DNA of 64,000 nucleotides, taken from an uncultured Alphaproteobacteria bacterium. GTDB taxonomy: Bacteria; Pseudomonadota; Alphaproteobacteria; RF32; CAG-239. This document shows, in pieces, positions 59,455 through 64,000 of the stretch. The stretch is taken from contig CANRJO010000005.1 of the NCBI GenBank assembly GCA_947630965.1, positions 203-64,202 of the forward strand. Reading direction: 5' to 3'. The translations under genes and the position numbers were made by a program. How positions within the stretch are numbered: the stretch's first letter is position 1; every line of letters starts with the position of its first letter. Under the pieces are notes generated by a model. That model ran no database searches, was not told where the DNA came from, and saw only the letters and a program-made list of their open reading frames with translations.

Positions 59455-61788
59455 TTATGCGCGGCGCAAATATGAGCCCATAATGCTCTTGCGCCCGAAT
59501 TTATCAAATGAAACAAGGCATTTTTGCCCCTCAACGCTTAAAATATAGCCATAACCGAATGAGGGATGATAAACGCGCGTGCCTTTCAGGCTTTTGCTCC
59601 TTGGCGCATAATCTTCCGCGGGTTCATAGCTGTATTCATGCTGAGGTTCATCGCTGTATTCATGCGTGGCGGATGTTTCCTCCCTGTGCGAATCGAAGCT
59701 TTGTGGCTTATAATGCCTTTCAAACGGTGGTTTTGGCTTAGAGGCGCTGAAGTTTTGATAACCACCTGTGTGTGAACGGCTTGCCGTGTTAACCATTTCA
59801 AGGCAATCTGTTGGAATTTCATTAAAAAAACGTGAGGGCGTATTGTTCTTATATTCGCCGTATATCCGCCGCCCAAAAGCCATCAGAATATAAAGCTTTT
59901 GCTTGGCGCGGGTGAGCGCGACATACGCCAACCGCCGCTCTTCCTCCAAAGCCGCCGTGCCACCCTCATCCAAACTGCGTTGATGCGGGAAAAGCCCCTC
60001 TTCCCACCCCGGCAAAAAGACAACCCGAAACTCCAAACCTTTCGCGGAATGAAGTGTCATAAGCATCACTTTGTTTGTGTCCAAAGCGCTGTCGTTGTCC
60101 ATTACAAGGCTTACATGCTCCAGAAAAACCGCCAATGTGGGATAATTTTCTTTATCGCTCATTACATTGATCAATTCTTGCAGGTTTTCAATGCGCCCTT
60201 CGTTTTCAACTGATTTTTCGGCTTTAAGCATGGCTAAATAGCCCGAATCTTCCAAAACTTGCGCCGCAAGGTCATTGGGCGAAACCGCCTCTGCTGTTTT
60301 GCGCCACTCTTCAAAATTTTCCATCAGCTTTGCCATTTCAAGCTTGGCTTTGCCGCTAAATGCGCCTTCTGCCGCCATTTGCTTTGCTGCTTGATAAAGC
60401 GATGTTCCTTGCGCTTGTGCGCTTGCACGGATGTTTTCTAACGCTTTTTGCCCTACACCGCGTGCGGGTTTGTTAACAATACGCTCAAAAGCAAGATCAT
60501 CCGCGGGTTGCGCAATCACGCGCAAATAGGCGAGCAAATCGCGAATTTCGGCGCGTTCGTAAAACTTGGGCCCGCCAATCACCTGATACGGCACCGCCTC
60601 AGCAATAAAACGCTCTTCAAACTCGCGCGTTTGTGCCGCGGTGCGCACTAAAACTGCCATATCGGCATAATCGTACCCCGCTTTTTTTAGGCGCTCAATC
60701 TCTTCGGTTACGTATTGCGCTTCTTCCAAGCCGTTATACGTGGTTACTGCTCTGATTTTTTCATTTAAGCATTGACGGGCAGGGCTGTTTTCCGCCACTT
60801 TGAGTGTTTTGCCCAAACGGCTATCGTTATGACTGATGAGCATGGAAGCCGCCCGCAAAATGTTATCTGTGGAGCGATAATTACGCTCTAAGCGAATAAT
60901 TTTGGCGTCTGGAAAATCTTTTTCAAAGCGCAAAATGTTTTCCACTTCCGCGCCTCGCCATGAATAAATGGATTGGTCGTCATCACCTACGCAACAAAGG
61001 TTTTTATGCTTTTGGCACAACAACCGCAAAAACAGATATTGCGTGACGTTGGTGTCTTGATACTCATCTACCATAATGTAGCGAAATTTTTCCTGATATC
61101 TTTCCAAAATATCGGTGTGCGTGCGCAAAATGTTGCATGTGTGGAGCAAAATATCACCAAAATCCACGCAGTTAAGCTCCAAAAGCCGCTTTTGATATTT
61201 TTGATATACCGTTGTGACGATGTTTTGCTTGAAATCAGCGCCGATATTTTCAGGCGTTAAGTTTTTGTCTTTCCAACGTGAAATTTTATCTAAAAACGCC
61301 TGTGCCGGATATTTTTTTTCATCAATGCCATCCGCGTCTGCAATTTGTTTAATCAGGCGTTTTTGGTCATCCTCGCCCAAAATTGTGAAATTAGGCTTTA
61401 AGCCTACAAGCTCAGCATGGGCGCGCAAAATCTTAACGCAAACGCTGTGAAACGTGCCGAGCCAAACAGAATCCGCCATGGCGCCAATCATACCCTCAAC
61501 ACGGGCTTTCATCTCACGCGAGGCGCGGTTTGTGAAGGTGACAACCAAGCAATTCCACGGTTGCGCCAACCCCTTTGCCAAAATGTATGCCAAGCGCGTG
61601 GTGAGCACTTTGGTTTTGCCCGTGCCGGCGCCTGAAAGCACTAAAAGCGGACCTTCCGTATGTTCCACCGCCTGCCTTTGCTCCGGATTAAGCGAATCGA
61701 GCCACGGCATCGGGCGCTGCATCATTGCGCTGATGTTATCAAAAACTGGAGCCTCGGGCAGCTCTTCTAAATCAAAAACGCTACTCAT
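59455..61788 (-). CDS. uvrD: UvrD/PcrA DNA helicase
   Basis: LNPEQ, GAGTGKT, TFTNRA, VDEYQDTN, GDDDQSIYSWRGA, LERNYRS, HSAKGLEF, EEERRLAYV. Confidence 0.96.
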   Translation of the reverse strand: MSSVFDLEELPEAPVFDNISAMMQRPMPWLDSLNPEQRQAVEHTEGPLLVLSGAGTGKTKVLTTRLAYILAKGLAQPWNCLVVTFTNRASREMKARVEGMIGAMADSVWLGTFHSVCVKILRAHAELVGLKPNFTILGEDDQKRLIKQIADADGIDEKKYPAQAFLDKISRWKDKNLTPENIGADFKQNIVTTVYQKYQKRLLELNCVDFGDILLHTCNILRTHTDILERYQEKFRYIMVDEYQDTNVTQYLFLRLLCQKHKNLCCVGDDDQSIYSWRGAEVENILRFEKDFPDAKIIRLERNYRSTDNILRAASMLISHNDSRLGKTLKVAENSPARQCLNEKIRAVTTYNGLEEAQYVTEEIERLKKAGYDYADMAVLVRTAAQTREFEERFIAEAVPYQVIGGPKFYERAEIRDLLAYLRVIAQPADDLAFERIVNKPARGVGQKALENIRASAQAQGTSLYQAAKQMAAEGAFSGKAKLEMAKLMENFEEWRKTAEAVSPNDLAAQVLEDSGYLAMLKAEKSVENEGRIENLQELINVMSDKENYPTLAVFLEHVSLVMDNDSALDTNKVMLMTLHSAKGLEFRVVFLPGWEEGLFPHQRSLDEGGTAALEEERRLAYVALTRAKQKLYILMAFGRRIYGEYKNNTPSRFFNEIPTDCLEMVNTASRSHTGGYQNFSASKPKPPFERHYKPQSFDSHREETSATHEYSDEPQHEYSYEPAEDYAPRSKSLKGTRVYHPSFGYGYILSVEGQKCLVSFDKFGRKSIMGSYLRRA

Positions 61789-61894
61789 GATAAATGTTAT
61801 TGTATTTTTAACCGATTGGAAATATATATAGCTTATTCTTACTGATAAAAACAGATTTTATCGTTCCTTGTGAACAACTTTGAAAGAGGTTAAG

Positions 61895-62887
61895 ATGTCT
61901 GAACTGAAAAATAAAATTTTGGGTTTGCAAACACATATTCAGAGCCGCATTGTCGGTCAGGAAGATTTGGTTAAAAAGATGCTCATTGCCCTTTTGGCTT
62001 CCGGGCATGTGCTTTTGGAAGGTGCGCCGGGGCTTGCCAAAACAAAAGCTATTAAAACTCTGGCGCAATCCGTGAGTGCTCAGTTTAGCCGTATTCAATT
62101 TACGCCGGATTTGCTGCCGTCTGATATCACGGGTAGTGATGTTTATGTGAGCGCTACGGGCAAGTTTGAGTTCCGGCAAGGTCCGGTGTTTGCTAATTTG
62201 GTTTTGGCTGATGAAATTAACCGTGCGCCCGCAAAAGTGCAGTCCGCCCTTTTGGAGGCGATGGCGGAACATCAGGTGAGTGTGGGCGGCAATCAATATG
62301 CTCTGCCGCCGCTTTTTATGGTGATGGCCACCCAAAACCCGATTGAGCATGAGGGTACCTATAATCTGCCTGAGGCACAGCTTGACCGCTTTTTACTATA
62401 TGTCAAAATTAATCAGCCCGACGCAGCTACTGAGCATAAAATTTTAGAGCTTATTCGCCGGGAAGATTTAGCTTGCGGCGCCGATGCAAAATGTTGGGCA
62501 GACGAGGGGAAGGAAAAGTTTAAGCCCTTGACAATTGATGAAATTTTGGCGGCGCAACAAGAGGTTTTACAGGTTCATACTTCTGAAGCCGTTGAAAACT
62601 ACTTAGTTGAGCTTGTGATTGCCACGCGCACGCCTGAAAAATATGCCAAAAACCTTAATGGTATTATTCGCTTTGGTGCCAGTCCGCGTGCCACCATTGC
62701 GCTTGATAAATGCTCCAAAATTAACGCGTGGCTTTCTGGGCGCGATTTTGTGGCGCCGGAAGATATTCAAGCCGTTGTTTACGATGTTTTGCGTCACCGC
62801 CTGATTTTGAGCTTTGAGGCTTTGGCAGAAGGCATTAACTCGGATGAAGTGATTAAACAGCTCTTAAAAGCCGTTCCGCTGCCGTAA
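61895..62887 (+). CDS. MoxR-family AAA+ ATPase
   Basis: HVLLEGAPGLAKT, RIQFTPDLLPSD, LADEINRA, ATQNPIE.EGTY.LPEAQLDRF, GASPR. Confidence 0.95.
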   Translation: MSELKNKILGLQTHIQSRIVGQEDLVKKMLIALLASGHVLLEGAPGLAKTKAIKTLAQSVSAQFSRIQFTPDLLPSDITGSDVYVSATGKFEFRQGPVFANLVLADEINRAPAKVQSALLEAMAEHQVSVGGNQYALPPLFMVMATQNPIEHEGTYNLPEAQLDRFLLYVKINQPDAATEHKILELIRREDLACGADAKCWADEGKEKFKPLTIDEILAAQQEVLQVHTSEAVENYLVELVIATRTPEKYAKNLNGIIRFGASPRATIALDKCSKINAWLSGRDFVAPEDIQAVVYDVLRHRLILSFEALAEGINSDEVIKQLLKAVPLP

Positions 62888-62893
62888 GGGGTT

Positions 62894-63838
62894 TTGAAAA
62901 TGAGGCGTTTTTCTCAAATTTTGGATTTTTTCGGGGCGGCGCCTTCCGAGGAAGGGGTGCTTTTGCCGACATTTCAAGATTTAGTTAATATGCGCCGGCA
63001 AGTGCCTTATTTGAAAGATTTTCGGTTTAGGCAAACATCAAACATCTCAGGCGATGTTCGTTCCTCTTTCAAGGGGCGGGGTATGGAGTTTGCTGAAGTT
63101 CGGGCTTATAGCTTGAGTGATGATGCGCGTGATATTGATTGGCGTGTGACCGCGCGCAAAAATCAGCCCTTTACAAAGCTTTATACCGAAGAAAAAGATC
63201 GGGAAGTTTATGTGTGGCTTGATATTTCAGCTTCCATGCGCTTTGGCACCAAAAAAGAGCTGAAATCTGTTTCAGCAGCAAAGGCGGCGGCGCTCATCGG
63301 TTGGTTTGCGCTCCAAAATAAAGATCGCTTCGGTTTGGCGCTTTATGACGGTCAGCGCACGCGGCTGTATGATGCTTCGCGGACGGAAGAAAATCTGCTC
63401 CAAATTTTGAAGCAAATTGAAAAAATTGCCGCGGAAAGCTTGAACTTTGGCAAAAATACAACATCTGCCGCGCAATCTTTGCAAAAATTGCAGACAAAAC
63501 TTTCTTCTCGCGCCATTATCTTTGTTTTGAGCGCTTTTGAAGACTTTGACTTGGCGTTTGAAAAAATTTTGATGCAAATGAGTCGCAAACATGAGCTTTA
63601 TGCCGTTTATTTCTTTGATAAACTTGAGGAAACACCCCCGCCAAAAGGGCAATATCCGGTGCAAAATGAGGCTGAAAAAGTTATCATTAACAGTAACGGC
63701 GCCGCGTTTGATAAAACGTATCAGGCATTTTTTAATCAGAAACGCCAAAATTTGAGGGAAAAATGCGCCCGCTTTGGTTGTGCGTATCGCGAAATCAGGA
63801 CGGATTTGGCACTTGCCGGACAGCTCCGCCCAATTTAA
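62894..63838 (+). CDS. DUF58 family protein
   Basis: GRGMEFAEVRAY...DDARDIDWRVTAR, LDISASM.FG. Confidence 0.92.
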   Translation: MKMRRFSQILDFFGAAPSEEGVLLPTFQDLVNMRRQVPYLKDFRFRQTSNISGDVRSSFKGRGMEFAEVRAYSLSDDARDIDWRVTARKNQPFTKLYTEEKDREVYVWLDISASMRFGTKKELKSVSAAKAAALIGWFALQNKDRFGLALYDGQRTRLYDASRTEENLLQILKQIEKIAAESLNFGKNTTSAAQSLQKLQTKLSSRAIIFVLSAFEDFDLAFEKILMQMSRKHELYAVYFFDKLEETPPPKGQYPVQNEAEKVIINSNGAAFDKTYQAFFNQKRQNLREKCARFGCAYREIRTDLALAGQLRPI

Positions 63839-63852
63839 ATTTTATTAAAATC

Positions 63853-63881
63853 TTGACATTTCTGAATTAAAATGCTACATT
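63853..63881 (+). promoter_or_regulatory. Sigma70-type promoter
   Basis: TTGACA-N17-TACATT. Confidence 0.65.
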
Positions 63882-63924
63882 AAACTTTGCAATTATTTTG
63901 TAAACCTTCCGGAAGAGAATTAAA

Positions 63925-64000
63925 ATGGTGAAATTTAACGAAAACAACGCTTACAAAAGAGGTCAGGAACTTTTGGACAGCGGTATGTATAGAGAAGCAA
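63925..64000 (+). CDS. 5' end of an ORF, possibly TPR-like
   Basis: MVKFNENNAYKRGQELLDSGMYREA, open to the window end. Confidence 0.45.
   Translation, partial: MVKFNENNAYKRGQELLDSGMYREA

Noticed and set aside
59621-59665. 24-bp duplication in uvrD (HEYS.EP twice)
   Set aside because: Minor in-frame duplication in the variable C-terminal linker

Overview
A 64 kb chromosomal window from an alphaproteobacterium. The assignment is inferred from GcrA, the rpoZ-spoT-acpS and zapA/efp/ruvAB gene orders, and moderately low GC. The backbone is mostly housekeeping: ybeY-phoH-miaB, folD, an RND pump with TetR regulator, yejAB, accA, efp, ruvAB, obgE, rplU/rpmA, rpoZ-spoT, uvrD and moxR. It looks streamlined, because several genes usually found inside these operons are absent. 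Four accessory blocks interrupt it: (1) a TerY-PP2C-kinase triad (21.4-24.3 kb); (2) a GH24 lysozyme fusion plus two paralogous repeat-rich, Bacteroidetes-style lipoproteins (29-37.4 kb); (3) an ATP-grasp/inactive-transglutaminase/protease operon plus a porin (39-43.3 kb); (4) a three-gene array of Cys-rich secreted proteins between acpS and uvrD (55.5-59.45 kb). Block 4 is the most interesting. A perfect -35 (TTGACA) sits between two 25-bp inverted repeats whose palindromic core AAGGTACCTT supplies a -10-like hexamer, and it currently points away from the genes. The same site recurs in front of each gene. The first gene ends in a region with the codon signature of a diversity-generating-retroelement (DGR) variable region. 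Together these suggest a candidate inversion-switched, DGR-diversified surface-protein system. No recombinase, reverse transcriptase, template repeat, rRNA, tRNA or CRISPR array was seen in the window. All calls come from reading the sequence, with no database searches.
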